Shown: in pieces, positions 9,730 through 18,488 of the stretch
Layout: the number at the start of each line of letters is the position of its first letter
Numbering within the stretch: the stretch's first letter is position 1
Source: an uncultured Pseudomonadota bacterium
GTDB taxonomy: Bacteria; Pseudomonadota; Alphaproteobacteria; Micropepsales; Micropepsaceae
NCBI GenBank assembly: GCA_963789595.1
Contig: CAWBLC010000001.1
Coordinates: forward strand, 374,326 to 438,325
Length of the DNA: 64,000 nucleotides
Reading direction: 5' to 3'
Notes under the pieces: model-generated
The model's input: only the letters and a program-made list of their open reading frames with translations
Database searches by the model: none
What the model was told of the DNA's origin: nothing
Translations under genes and position numbers: made by a program

Positions 9730-10329
9730 CTAGCGTATCTTGGAAATCGCTGCTTTGATCGCTTCCGGTGCAGTCGGATCGATTTCTATGACATCGCCGG
9801 ATTTGCGTCCAATGCGCCGCGGTGTCGTGCCGGAATTGTCGAAGATCAGCGCCTGATCGGCATGCTTGAGAAACCATGGTAATTGCAGAAAGGAACGCTC
9901 GCGCCGCGCGCGAATCTTGTTCTCGGGGACGGCATGGCCGCCCTTCATAACACGCAGGCGAACCCGCTCGACGTTCAAATCTGCGGACTGAAGCAATACA
10001 TATAGAAGCCGGACTTCGAATCCGAACGCTTTTGCCATTCGCACAAGCCGCCTGTATTTGGGTGTGGACAACACTGTTTCCACACCGACGGTCTGATGCG
10101 CGCGAATCGACGCGCGCAGCCATGCGGCAATCCGCTTGAGTGCTTCGGCATTTGCATCCGGTAGAGCAAGCCTTTCGTGGCGCTGTATGTGGAGCGTAAG
10201 CAGGTCCGGATTTATGATCCACACCGAGCGGCCGAAATCTTCAATGTCGCTTGCGTCGTAAAGGGTGCTTTTGCCGGAGCCGTTCGGCCCGGCGACGATC
10301 CACAGGCGCGGGGGCTCCAGCGTCTGCAA
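9730..10329 (-). CDS. COG4185/zeta-toxin-like P-loop ATPase
   Basis: VAGPNGSGKST, INPD, VETVLS, RVMKGGHAVP and FDNS motifs; TTG start; AT-richer than flanks. Confidence 0.85.
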   Translation of the reverse strand: MQTLEPPRLWIVAGPNGSGKSTLYDASDIEDFGRSVWIINPDLLTLHIQRHERLALPDANAEALKRIAAWLRASIRAHQTVGVETVLSTPKYRRLVRMAKAFGFEVRLLYVLLQSADLNVERVRLRVMKGGHAVPENKIRARRERSFLQLPWFLKHADQALIFDNSGTTPRRIGRKSGDVIEIDPTAPEAIKAAISKIR

Positions 10330-10335
10330 AATCGT

Positions 10336-10560
10336 TCAGCTCTTCTTTGCTGCGCGAACCTTTGACGCGACAGACGCATTGGCCCGGCGCGCACGGGCGA
10401 CATTTCTCTTGAAAACTTCGGTGATGTCGTCGGCCAGCGTGGGGCTGTCGGCATCCACGGTAAGCAAAGTCGTTATTTTGCCGTCCGGTCCGCGCACGCG
10501 CTTCTTCCGAATCTCGGCGCGGCCCGCGGGTTTCAATGGAGCGATAATCACCTTGGTCAT
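10336..10560 (-). CDS. Small basic protein upstream of the ATPase (putative antitoxin)
   Basis: 74 aa, with its stop 6 bp before the ATPase start; no family recognised. Confidence 0.65.
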   Translation of the reverse strand: MTKVIIAPLKPAGRAEIRKKRVRGPDGKITTLLTVDADSPTLADDITEVFKRNVARARRANASVASKVRAAKKS

Positions 10561-10617
10561 CGAAATTGTCCTGTATCTCGGGTCAATATAGCGCTGGTAG
10601 TGTCCCCGCGCCAGTGG

Positions 10618-11484
10618 TCACACCGCATCGCTGAACCGTTCGCGCTTCAAAGGATCGGCATCCAGCAGCCGTCCGCCCATCGCGCCGATCCAGTCCAGCC
10701 CCTCGCGCAACCGCACATTTTCGCCGATCACGAAAACGGCAGGCGCGGTGCTTTCCTTCGCTACCCGCGCAAGCTCGCCAAGCGTCGTCACGCGCACATC
10801 CTGTTTGGCGAATGTCGCATCGGAAACGATCGCCGCCGGTTCGTCCGCCGCGCGGCCTGCGTCCATCAGCTTCGCCGCAATCTCCTCGATATGGGCGAGC
10901 GCCATGTAAAGCACCAGCGATGGCGAGCCTTTCGCGACCGCGGCCCAATCGAGTGCCGGCACGCGGCCATCGGCGCCATGTCCGGTGATGAAGGTCACCG
11001 CGTGATTGGTGTCGCGATGCGTGACCGGAATGCCGGCATAGGCCAGCCCGCCGATGCCCGCCGTCACGCCGGGCACGATGCGAAACGGCACGCCCGCGCG
11101 CGCCAGCGCCAGGGCTTCCTCGCCACCGCGTCCGAACACGAAAGGATCGCCGCCCTTGAGCCGCAACACGCGCGCGCCCTTGCGCGCCATCGATACCAGT
11201 ATGCGCGAAATATCGGATTGTTTGGCGGAGGCTTGTCCCTTGCGCTTTCCGGCATAGATGCATTCGCCGCGCGCCAGCGTGAGAAGTTTTTCGTTCACCA
11301 GCGCGTCATACAGAATGACATCGGCGCTTGCGATGGCATGAAGCCCAAGTGCCGTCACCAGCCCCGCATCGCCGGGACCTGCGCCTGCGAGCCACACCCA
11401 GCCCTTCTCGAAAGTGGGCAGTTCCAGCGCCTCGGCAAGCCGGCCAAGGGCCTGGGAATTCAGCAATGTCGGGTCGGCGATCAT
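10618..11484 (-). CDS. cobA: Uroporphyrinogen-III C-methyltransferase
   Basis: VWLAGAGPGD, YDALV, RLKGGDPFVFGRGGEE and VPGVTAG motifs. Confidence 0.93.
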   Translation of the reverse strand: MIADPTLLNSQALGRLAEALELPTFEKGWVWLAGAGPGDAGLVTALGLHAIASADVILYDALVNEKLLTLARGECIYAGKRKGQASAKQSDISRILVSMARKGARVLRLKGGDPFVFGRGGEEALALARAGVPFRIVPGVTAGIGGLAYAGIPVTHRDTNHAVTFITGHGADGRVPALDWAAVAKGSPSLVLYMALAHIEEIAAKLMDAGRAADEPAAIVSDATFAKQDVRVTTLGELARVAKESTAPAVFVIGENVRLREGLDWIGAMGGRLLDADPLKRERFSDAV

Positions 11485-11634
11485 TTCACATATCCATACT
11501 GTATAAGAAAATATATCACATATTCTGTATGTAAGAAATAAATTTCCCGAAGCAAGCGAAATTTTGCGGCAAAACAGGGCGAATTCCCGATTTGCCCGTT
11601 ATAGAGGGGCCTTCCACCTCACCAGCCGAGACTC

Positions 11635-13128
11635 ATGAAACCGCGCAGCGACCTCAAGCCCAATACCTTCGAATACGAAAGCCAACCCCTCGTTACCGCC
11701 AACGGCTTCCGCGAATATGACGCGCGCTGGCTGTTCGGCAAGGAGATCAACCTTTCCGGCGTGCAGGCGGTGGGGCTTGGCCTCGGCACCTATTTCCACG
11801 AAGTCGGCATCCGCCCGCGCGTGGTCACGGGCCACGATTACCGCGCTTACGAACTTTCCATCAAACAGGCGCTGATCATCGGGCTGATGCAGGCCGGCTG
11901 CGAAGTGGTCGATGTGGGGCTCGGCACCACGCCGGTCGCCTATTACGCGCAATTCGCGCTCGACTGTCCCGGCCTTGCCATGGTCACGGCCAGCCACAAT
12001 GAAAACGGCTGGACGGGCGTGAAGATGGGCGCGAAGGCCCCGCTGACATTCGGGCCGGATGAAATCGGGCGGCTGAAGGAAATCGTTTTGAACGATCAGG
12101 GCAAGCCGCGCCCCGGCGGCAGCTATGAGCGGATCGAAAATTTCCGCGAGAAATATCTGGAAGGATTGACCGAAGGCCACAAACTCTCGCGCCCCATCCG
12201 CGTCGTGGTCGCCTGCGGCAACGGCACGGCGGGATTGTTCGGGCCGGAGGCTTTGCGCCGCATCGGCGCCGATGTGATCGAATCCGAATGCAATCCCGAT
12301 TACAATTTCCCGAATTACAATCCCAACACCGAAGACCTTCACATGCTCCACGCTATGGGACGCGCGCGCGAAGCGGCGGGTGCCGAAATCGCACTCGGCT
12401 TCGATGCCGATGGCGACCGCTGCGGCGTGGTGGACGACAAGGGCGAAGAGATTTTCGCCGACAAGGTGGGCGTGCTGCTGGCGCGCGATCTTTCGGCGCG
12501 TTATCCCAATTCGAAATTCGTGGCCGATGTGAAATCCACCGGCATCTACGAAATCGATCCGGTGCTGAAGAAAAACGGCGCCACCACCGAATATTGGAAA
12601 ACGGGCCATTCCTACATGAAAAAACGCACCCATGAGATCGGCGCGCTGGCCGGCTTCGAAAAGAGCGGCCATTATTTCTTCAACCCGCCCATCGGCCGCG
12701 GCTATGACGACGGCATCGCGGCCGGCATCGCGGTTCTCGAAATGCTGGATCGCGCCGGCCCCAAGAAAATGTCCGCACTCCTCGCCGAACTTCCCAAAAC
12801 CTGGGGCTCGCCGACGATGGCGCCGTTTTGCCCGGACGACAAAAAATACGGCGTCGTCGCCACCATGGTGAAGGAATACGAAGCCGCCAAAGCGAACGGC
12901 GAAAAAATCCTCGGCCAGAACATCGTGAAACTCGTCACGGTGAACGGCGTGCGCGTCACGCTGGAAGACGGAACATGGGGCCTGGTGCGCGCTTCATCGA
13001 ACAAGCCGTCATTGGTCGTCGTGGTTGAAAGCCCTGTCTCGGACGCACAAATGCGCGCAATGTTCAAAGACCTCGATGCGCGGCTGAAGAAACATCCGGA
13101 AGTCGGCGAATACGATCAGAAAATTTGA
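11635..13128 (+). CDS. Phosphomannomutase/phosphoglucomutase
   Basis: FREYDARW, VTASHN phosphoserine loop, DADGDR metal loop, FEKSGH. Confidence 0.95.
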   Translation: MKPRSDLKPNTFEYESQPLVTANGFREYDARWLFGKEINLSGVQAVGLGLGTYFHEVGIRPRVVTGHDYRAYELSIKQALIIGLMQAGCEVVDVGLGTTPVAYYAQFALDCPGLAMVTASHNENGWTGVKMGAKAPLTFGPDEIGRLKEIVLNDQGKPRPGGSYERIENFREKYLEGLTEGHKLSRPIRVVVACGNGTAGLFGPEALRRIGADVIESECNPDYNFPNYNPNTEDLHMLHAMGRAREAAGAEIALGFDADGDRCGVVDDKGEEIFADKVGVLLARDLSARYPNSKFVADVKSTGIYEIDPVLKKNGATTEYWKTGHSYMKKRTHEIGALAGFEKSGHYFFNPPIGRGYDDGIAAGIAVLEMLDRAGPKKMSALLAELPKTWGSPTMAPFCPDDKKYGVVATMVKEYEAAKANGEKILGQNIVKLVTVNGVRVTLEDGTWGLVRASSNKPSLVVVVESPVSDAQMRAMFKDLDARLKKHPEVGEYDQKI

Positions 13129-13133
13129 TAGAT

Positions 13134-13733
13134 ATGGCTAAAATTCAGAATGAGAATTGGCTCCGAACCAATGAGATTGAAGAGTTCGTTGGAGCTCTTG
13201 AATTTTCAGCAGAGATAATTTGTCAGGTCAACAGCGACATAACAAAATGGAAATGGCTAATCTTAGCAATACACAATGCATTGCAAGGAGCGTGTGTTTG
13301 TGCGCTGCGAAGTGCCGACACGACCGGAATTTCAGTCCTTGATGAAAAGTGCGGTCGGAGAATGTGGCATTGGCTAGATGTGGAGAGTCGAAAAGATCAA
13401 CATCCGCCGCCTCCGAAGGAAAAGTTAGCTCCTATGTTAAAGCTGTATACTCGAGCACAGGATGCCCGATATCTCTCAGTTCCATTGCCTCCTAATCCCG
13501 ACCGAGATCGTGATGTTGAACGATTGAATTCACTACGAAATGAATTAATCCACTTTGTTCCCAAGGGGCTCTCGGTTGAGCTAAGCGGCATGCCTCAAAT
13601 TATTCGAAGTTGTTGTAATGTGATAATGTATTTAATTTTGGATCATACCTCGTTTGCGCAACATTTGCGTAGAGCGCAAGCAGAACGAATTAGTATTGCT
13701 CTTAATTCTATGTTGCGTGCGACGAATGCATGA
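13134..13733 (+). CDS. AT-rich solo gene, HEPN-like (RxxxxH)
   Basis: 199 aa from ATG 13134. RNELIH motif late in a predicted helical protein, with an upstream AIHNALQ helix. Base composition is clearly foreign. Confidence 0.65.
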   Translation: MAKIQNENWLRTNEIEEFVGALEFSAEIICQVNSDITKWKWLILAIHNALQGACVCALRSADTTGISVLDEKCGRRMWHWLDVESRKDQHPPPPKEKLAPMLKLYTRAQDARYLSVPLPPNPDRDRDVERLNSLRNELIHFVPKGLSVELSGMPQIIRSCCNVIMYLILDHTSFAQHLRRAQAERISIALNSMLRATNA

Positions 13734-13748
13734 CAACTTGCAGAGCGA

Positions 13749-14579
13749 TTACCCCAACACATCCCACAACATCCGCGCCGCCGTCACCGCAATGAACGCG
13801 GCGAACACAAGCTTCAGCCGCTTCTTGTCCATCATATGCGCCATGGATGCGCCCACGGGCGCCATGAACACCGACACCGGTGCGATCAGCGCGAAGCCGA
13901 GCAGGTTCACATAGCCCACCGAGAACGGCGGCAAATTATGCGCGCCCCATCCGGCGAGCGCCAATCCGATGGCCGCGGGGATCGAAATGATCACGCCGAA
14001 GCCGGCCGCCGTCGCCACCGCGCGGTGGATCGGATAATTGCACAGCGTCATGATCGGCACGCCCAGTGTTCCCCCGCCGATGCCCATCAGCGTGGAAACC
14101 GTGCCGATGCTTCCGGCCAGCGTCCATCCACCGGGGCCCCGCGGCAACCCATTGGCCAGCCGCCAGCTTTCCTTGCCGAGCGCCATGTTGATCGCCACCG
14201 GAATCGCCACGCAGGCGAAGATCAGCGCCAGCGTATTGCCGCTTGCCATGCGCGCGAGCCAGGTGCCGAGCCCCACGCCAACGATCATCGGAATCACCCA
14301 GCTTCTGAGCAGCGCCCAATCCACCGCGCCGCGTTTGGCATGCGCGCGCAGCGACGAGATCGAAGTCGGAATGATCGTGGCGAGCGATGTGCCGATGGCC
14401 AGATGCATGCGCACGGTTTCGTCGAAGCCGAGCGCGGAAAACACATGATACAGCACCGGCACGATCACGATGCCGCCGCCGACGCCCAGCATGCCCGCGA
14501 TCAATCCGCCGACCACGCCCGCGATGATGAGCCCGAGCGCGAAAACGCCCAGATCGCCGCGCGCGCCGAGAAAGCCCAT
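13749..14579 (-). CDS. TauE/SafE family sulfite exporter-like membrane protein
   Basis: GMLGVGGGIVIVP and TLMGIGGGTLGVP repeats, multiple TMs; TGATG-coupled to dusA. Confidence 0.92.
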   Translation of the reverse strand: MGFLGARGDLGVFALGLIIAGVVGGLIAGMLGVGGGIVIVPVLYHVFSALGFDETVRMHLAIGTSLATIIPTSISSLRAHAKRGAVDWALLRSWVIPMIVGVGLGTWLARMASGNTLALIFACVAIPVAINMALGKESWRLANGLPRGPGGWTLAGSIGTVSTLMGIGGGTLGVPIMTLCNYPIHRAVATAAGFGVIISIPAAIGLALAGWGAHNLPPFSVGYVNLLGFALIAPVSVFMAPVGASMAHMMDKKRLKLVFAAFIAVTAARMLWDVLG

Positions 14580-15568
14580 CAGGCCGCCACCATTTCGCGC
14601 TGCTGCGACAGATGCGCCAGCGCATCGCGCAAAACCGAAACGCCCGCATCGGGCCGCGTCGCATTTTCGCTGAGATGCCGGCGGAATGCCCGCGCGCCCG
14701 GCCGTCCGTTGAAAAGCCCCAGCATATGTTTCGTCATCGTGTTCAGCCGCACGCCGCGCGCCAATTGTGCGGAAACATAATCGACATAGGCCTCCACCAC
14801 TTCGTCCAAATCCTTCGCCGCGCCGCCGAAGAAGCGCGCATCGACATCGGCCAGCAGCGACGGATTCTGGTACGCCGCGCGTCCCAGCATCACGCCGTCC
14901 ACGCGCGCAAGATGCGCGTGCGCCTCATCCAGCGTCGCGATTCCGCCATTCACCACAATGGTCAGGTCGGGATTTTCCGCTTTCACGCGATAGACGAGAT
15001 CGTAATCCAGCGGCGGCACTTCGCGGTTTTCCCTGGGCGACAATCCGCCAAGCCAGGCCTTCCTCGCATGCACGATGAACACGCGCGCGCCGGCCGCGCG
15101 GCACGCCGCAATCGTTTCGCGCAATGCCGTTTGCGGATCCTGATCGTCCACGCCCAACCGGCATTTCACCGTCACCGGAATCGAAACGCCCGCCCGCATC
15201 GCCGCCACGCATTCGCCGACCAGCGCAGGCTCGCGCATCAGACACGCCCCGAACCGCCCCGATTGCACGCGGTCCGACGGGCAGCCCACATTCAGATTGA
15301 TTTCGTCATAGCCGAACTCAGCCCCGATCGTCGCGGCCTCGGCCAGCCGCGCCGGCTCCGCCCCGCCAAGCTGCAACGCCACCGGATGCTCGGCCGCATC
15401 GAACCCGATCAGCCGCGCGCGATCGCCCCGGATCACGGCCTCGGCCGTCACCATCTCGGTATAAAGCCGCGCGCGCGCCGAAAGCAGGCGATGGAGATAC
15501 CGGCAATGCCGGTCCGTCCAGTCCATCATAGGTGCAATACAAAATTTATGTGCTTGATTTTGCTGCAT
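14579..15568 (-). CDS. dusA: tRNA-dihydrouridine(20/20a) synthase
   Basis: APMMDWTDRHCR, NLNVGCPS, VHARKA and GVMLGRAAY motifs. The first ~13 codons are AT-rich, unlike the rest of the gene. Confidence 0.95.
   Translation of the reverse strand: MQQNQAHKFCIAPMMDWTDRHCRYLHRLLSARARLYTEMVTAEAVIRGDRARLIGFDAAEHPVALQLGGAEPARLAEAATIGAEFGYDEINLNVGCPSDRVQSGRFGACLMREPALVGECVAAMRAGVSIPVTVKCRLGVDDQDPQTALRETIAACRAAGARVFIVHARKAWLGGLSPRENREVPPLDYDLVYRVKAENPDLTIVVNGGIATLDEAHAHLARVDGVMLGRAAYQNPSLLADVDARFFGGAAKDLDEVVEAYVDYVSAQLARGVRLNTMTKHMLGLFNGRPGARAFRRHLSENATRPDAGVSVLRDALAHLSQQREMVAA
15510..15540. other. Inferred ICE attachment junction within the dusA APMMDWT codons
   Basis: Sharp composition switch next to the integrase. 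dusA-associated integrases are known to target the dusA 5' end. The exact core cannot be fixed without the other att site, which is outside the window. Confidence 0.6.
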
Positions 15569-15693
15569 TATTTCGATATATTCCAAAGGCTTGCAAGGCG
15601 ACGTTCACACTTTTTCGTATCCGAAAATACGACGGTTTTCGCCACGTTTCGACACCTCACTGTGCTGGATTTGTGCACGAAAAGGTATCTGCC

Positions 15694-16755
15694 ATGGCCA
15701 CGATCAGACAGTTAGCATCCGGACGCTGGCAGGTCCAAATCCGCCACAAAGGGCGCAAGGCGAGCGAGACATTCATACGTCACGACCACGCGCGTGAGTG
15801 GGCGACAGATACGGAAGCGCAAATTGATCGTGGTCGTGCACCCTCTGGCCGGCGCGCACGGAGCGCAAAGACATTCGGCGCGCTTATCGATTTGCATATC
15901 GACGATATGAAGGAAGTGGGAAAGCCGCCTGGGCGGTCGAAGAGCGCGACGCTGGAAATGCTCCAGCGGGAGCTTGGTACTCACAAGATCGGCACGCTGG
16001 ACCGCGAGCGCCTCATCCGTTTTGGGAAGGATCGTGCCAAAGCGGGCGCGGGTCCCGTGACCGTAGGTCAGGATATCGGCGTGATCAAACTTGTCATCTT
16101 GCACGCCGCGGCCGTGCATGGTGTGGAGGTGACAATTGAGCCGGTGCAGTTGGCGCGCGTCGCCCTCAAACGCCTGGGCTTGGTTGGGAAGGGTAGGGAG
16201 CGGGATCGACGGCCGACGGAGGCCGAACTGGCAAGTCTTTTTGCACACTTCGACTCCAACCCGCGCCAATTGATTCCGATGAGCCGGATCATCAAGTTCG
16301 CGATCGCGACCGCCCTGCGTCAGGAGGAAATTTGCCGGGTCACTTGGAGCGATCTGAACGCCCGCACGAAGATGCTGACAATTCGGGACCGCAAAGATCC
16401 ACGCGAGAAAAAGGGAAACGACCAGCGCATCCCGTTGTTGGCGGTGTCGGGATATGACCCCATTGCACTAATCGATGAGCAGCGTTCCATCCGTGGAAAT
16501 GAGGATGACCGGATATTTCCGTATATGCACAAATCGGCTGGGACGGCGTTCACGCGGGCTTGCAAAGACCTCGGTATAGAAGACCTCCACTTTCACGATC
16601 TGCGGCACGAGGGAACCAGCCGATTATTCGAGGCCGGATTTGCGATACAGCAAGTGGCTCTGGTCACTGGGCACAAAGACTGGAAGATGCTGCGCCGCTA
16701 CACACATATAAAGCCTGAAACGCTGCATGCTATGGCGATGTCTCGGACCGCCTGA
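15694..16755 (+). CDS. int: Tyrosine recombinase/integrase (dusA-associated type)
   Basis: MATIRQLASGRWQVQIRHKG arm-binding N-terminus; TALRQEE; HFHDLRHEG; TGHKDWKMLRRYTH catalytic residues. Confidence 0.93.
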   Translation: MATIRQLASGRWQVQIRHKGRKASETFIRHDHAREWATDTEAQIDRGRAPSGRRARSAKTFGALIDLHIDDMKEVGKPPGRSKSATLEMLQRELGTHKIGTLDRERLIRFGKDRAKAGAGPVTVGQDIGVIKLVILHAAAVHGVEVTIEPVQLARVALKRLGLVGKGRERDRRPTEAELASLFAHFDSNPRQLIPMSRIIKFAIATALRQEEICRVTWSDLNARTKMLTIRDRKDPREKKGNDQRIPLLAVSGYDPIALIDEQRSIRGNEDDRIFPYMHKSAGTAFTRACKDLGIEDLHFHDLRHEGTSRLFEAGFAIQQVALVTGHKDWKMLRRYTHIKPETLHAMAMSRTA

Positions 16756-16836
16756 AAATAGATTCGGTCTTCCGCAGTCAGGCGCTCACAGATCGACAGG
16801 AGGTTTCTTGCTGTTGCGCTGCGCCAGCGCCATGCT

Positions 16837-17397
16837 ATGTCCCCCCAAGGGGTAGCGATGGCTCGAGACGGCCAATCCGGTGATCGGAGAACACAGCTCG
16901 ACGCGCGGTTCCGCGCGCCGTTGATGCGGTTCTTTGCCAAACGGACGGGCGATCGCAGCGAGGCCGAAGACCTCACGCAAGAAGTGTTCATGCGGCTGGT
17001 GCGCGCCAAATCGCTAGACAAGGTGGAAAACGAGAAAGCCTTTGTTTTCAAGGTGGCTAGCAATGTTCTGCGTGACCGCCACCACCGCGCCGCACTTATG
17101 CGTCTGCATCAGGGGCTCCCGCCCGACGATGCGGCAATTGATGAACTCACGCGAGAATTTGTGGAGGAATTTGAGCCGGAGCGGGTCCTACTGGGTAGGG
17201 AGACTCTGGCCGACGTGCTGCGAGCCCTCGATGAATTGGGCGAACGCACGCGCAGCATTTACGTGCTGTTTCGGCTGGAGAACATGAAACAGAAGGATAT
17301 TGCAGAGCTTTATGGCATCGCCCCCAGCACGGTGGAGAAGCATGTGATGAAGGCGATGGTGTTTCTGGCGGAACGTTACAAGCGTGGCAAGACATGA
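16837..17397 (+). CDS. ECF sigma factor (FecI-like)
   Basis: AEDLTQEVFMRL region 2; YVLFRLENMKQKDIAELYGIAPSTVEKHVMKA region 4. Start may be 16858. Confidence 0.92.
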   Translation: MSPQGVAMARDGQSGDRRTQLDARFRAPLMRFFAKRTGDRSEAEDLTQEVFMRLVRAKSLDKVENEKAFVFKVASNVLRDRHHRAALMRLHQGLPPDDAAIDELTREFVEEFEPERVLLGRETLADVLRALDELGERTRSIYVLFRLENMKQKDIAELYGIAPSTVEKHVMKAMVFLAERYKRGKT

Positions 17398-18386
17398 CCG
17401 GCACGGAAGACCATAACGAATCCGAATTGCGCCCGCTGGTGGCGGCGGCGGCTTGGCGCGTGCACTTTGCCGAGACGGGCGAAACCACGTCGGAGGCTTT
17501 CGAAGCATGGCTTGCGGCCGATCCTGAGAACCGCGCGGCCTGGACTGCGGTTGAGGATTCGTGGAGTGCATTCGGCCAGAACGCTGGAGAATTCGAGGTC
17601 TTGGCCGCCAAGCGCGACGCACGCAATACGCTGTCGAATTCGCAGCTGCAATACCGACGCGCGGCAGCGCCGTATTGGAAGATCGCCGCCGTAGCGACGC
17701 TGATTGCAGGCGCGGGCATAGGCGGCATGCTGTATTGGCAACAGAAGCCGCTCGATTACAGCACCGCGTACAACCAGCACGACACGGTGACTCTGGCCGA
17801 TGGCTCCAAGATCGTGCTGGATTCCAGCACCGAATTGCGCGTGCGTGACCGCGGCGATATGCGCGATCTGGAACTGGTCCGTGGGCAGGCGCGCTTCACG
17901 ATCGTCCACGATCCCGCCCGGCCGCTCTATGTCCATGCGGGCGACGAAAAAATCATCGACATCGGCACAGATTTCAACGTGGATCGGCCCGGCGGCGCGG
18001 TCGTGGTGACGTTGATCGAAGGCCGCGTCGCCGTTGCGAACGAGCAGGCCCATGCGAAGCCGGTGGAACTCAAGCCCGGCGAGCAATTGTCGGTATCGCC
18101 CGCGCACCGCGCCAGAATCGCGCATGTAAACGTTTCGCGCGTCACGGCCTGGCAAAACGGCGAGCTGATCTTCGACAATGAGCCACTGTCCTCGGTTGTG
18201 CGGCGCATCAACCGCTATTCGGCGCAGGCCGTCGTTGTTGCGGATGCGAAGGCAGGCGCCATGCGGGTCAGCGGCGTGTTCCGCGCCGGCGATACGCAGG
18301 GCTTCCTGCATATGGTCACGAATTACCTTCCCGTGACCGCCGTTACCGGCGAAAATGGCCGGATACGGCTGACGGCCCGGAACTGA
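17394..18386 (+). CDS. FecR-family anti-sigma factor
   Basis: AAAW...FEAWLAADPEN N-terminus, one TM, VTLADGSKIVLDS, GQARF, AWQNGELIF; ATGA overlap with the sigma gene. Confidence 0.92.
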   Translation: MTGTEDHNESELRPLVAAAAWRVHFAETGETTSEAFEAWLAADPENRAAWTAVEDSWSAFGQNAGEFEVLAAKRDARNTLSNSQLQYRRAAAPYWKIAAVATLIAGAGIGGMLYWQQKPLDYSTAYNQHDTVTLADGSKIVLDSSTELRVRDRGDMRDLELVRGQARFTIVHDPARPLYVHAGDEKIIDIGTDFNVDRPGGAVVVTLIEGRVAVANEQAHAKPVELKPGEQLSVSPAHRARIAHVNVSRVTAWQNGELIFDNEPLSSVVRRINRYSAQAVVVADAKAGAMRVSGVFRAGDTQGFLHMVTNYLPVTAVTGENGRIRLTARN

Positions 18387-18410
18387 TCGAAAAAAAGTTC
18401 GGCACCCGGC

Positions 18411-18438
18411 GGAGGATTTCCGCCTCGACCCAGGTCTA
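18411..18438 (+). promoter_or_regulatory. Possible ECF-type promoter upstream of the TonB-dependent receptor
   Basis: GGAGGAT...GGTCTA spacing resembles ECF -35/-10 elements; weak, by eye only. Confidence 0.25.
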
Positions 18439-18488
18439 CACCTTTGAGAGCCCGCATATCGCGCGGGCGCAATCGGGGGGAGACATAG

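Noticed and set aside
15595-15625. Possible alphaproteobacterial LexA box upstream of int
   Set aside because: GTTC-N7-TTCG does not match GTTC-N7-GTTC.
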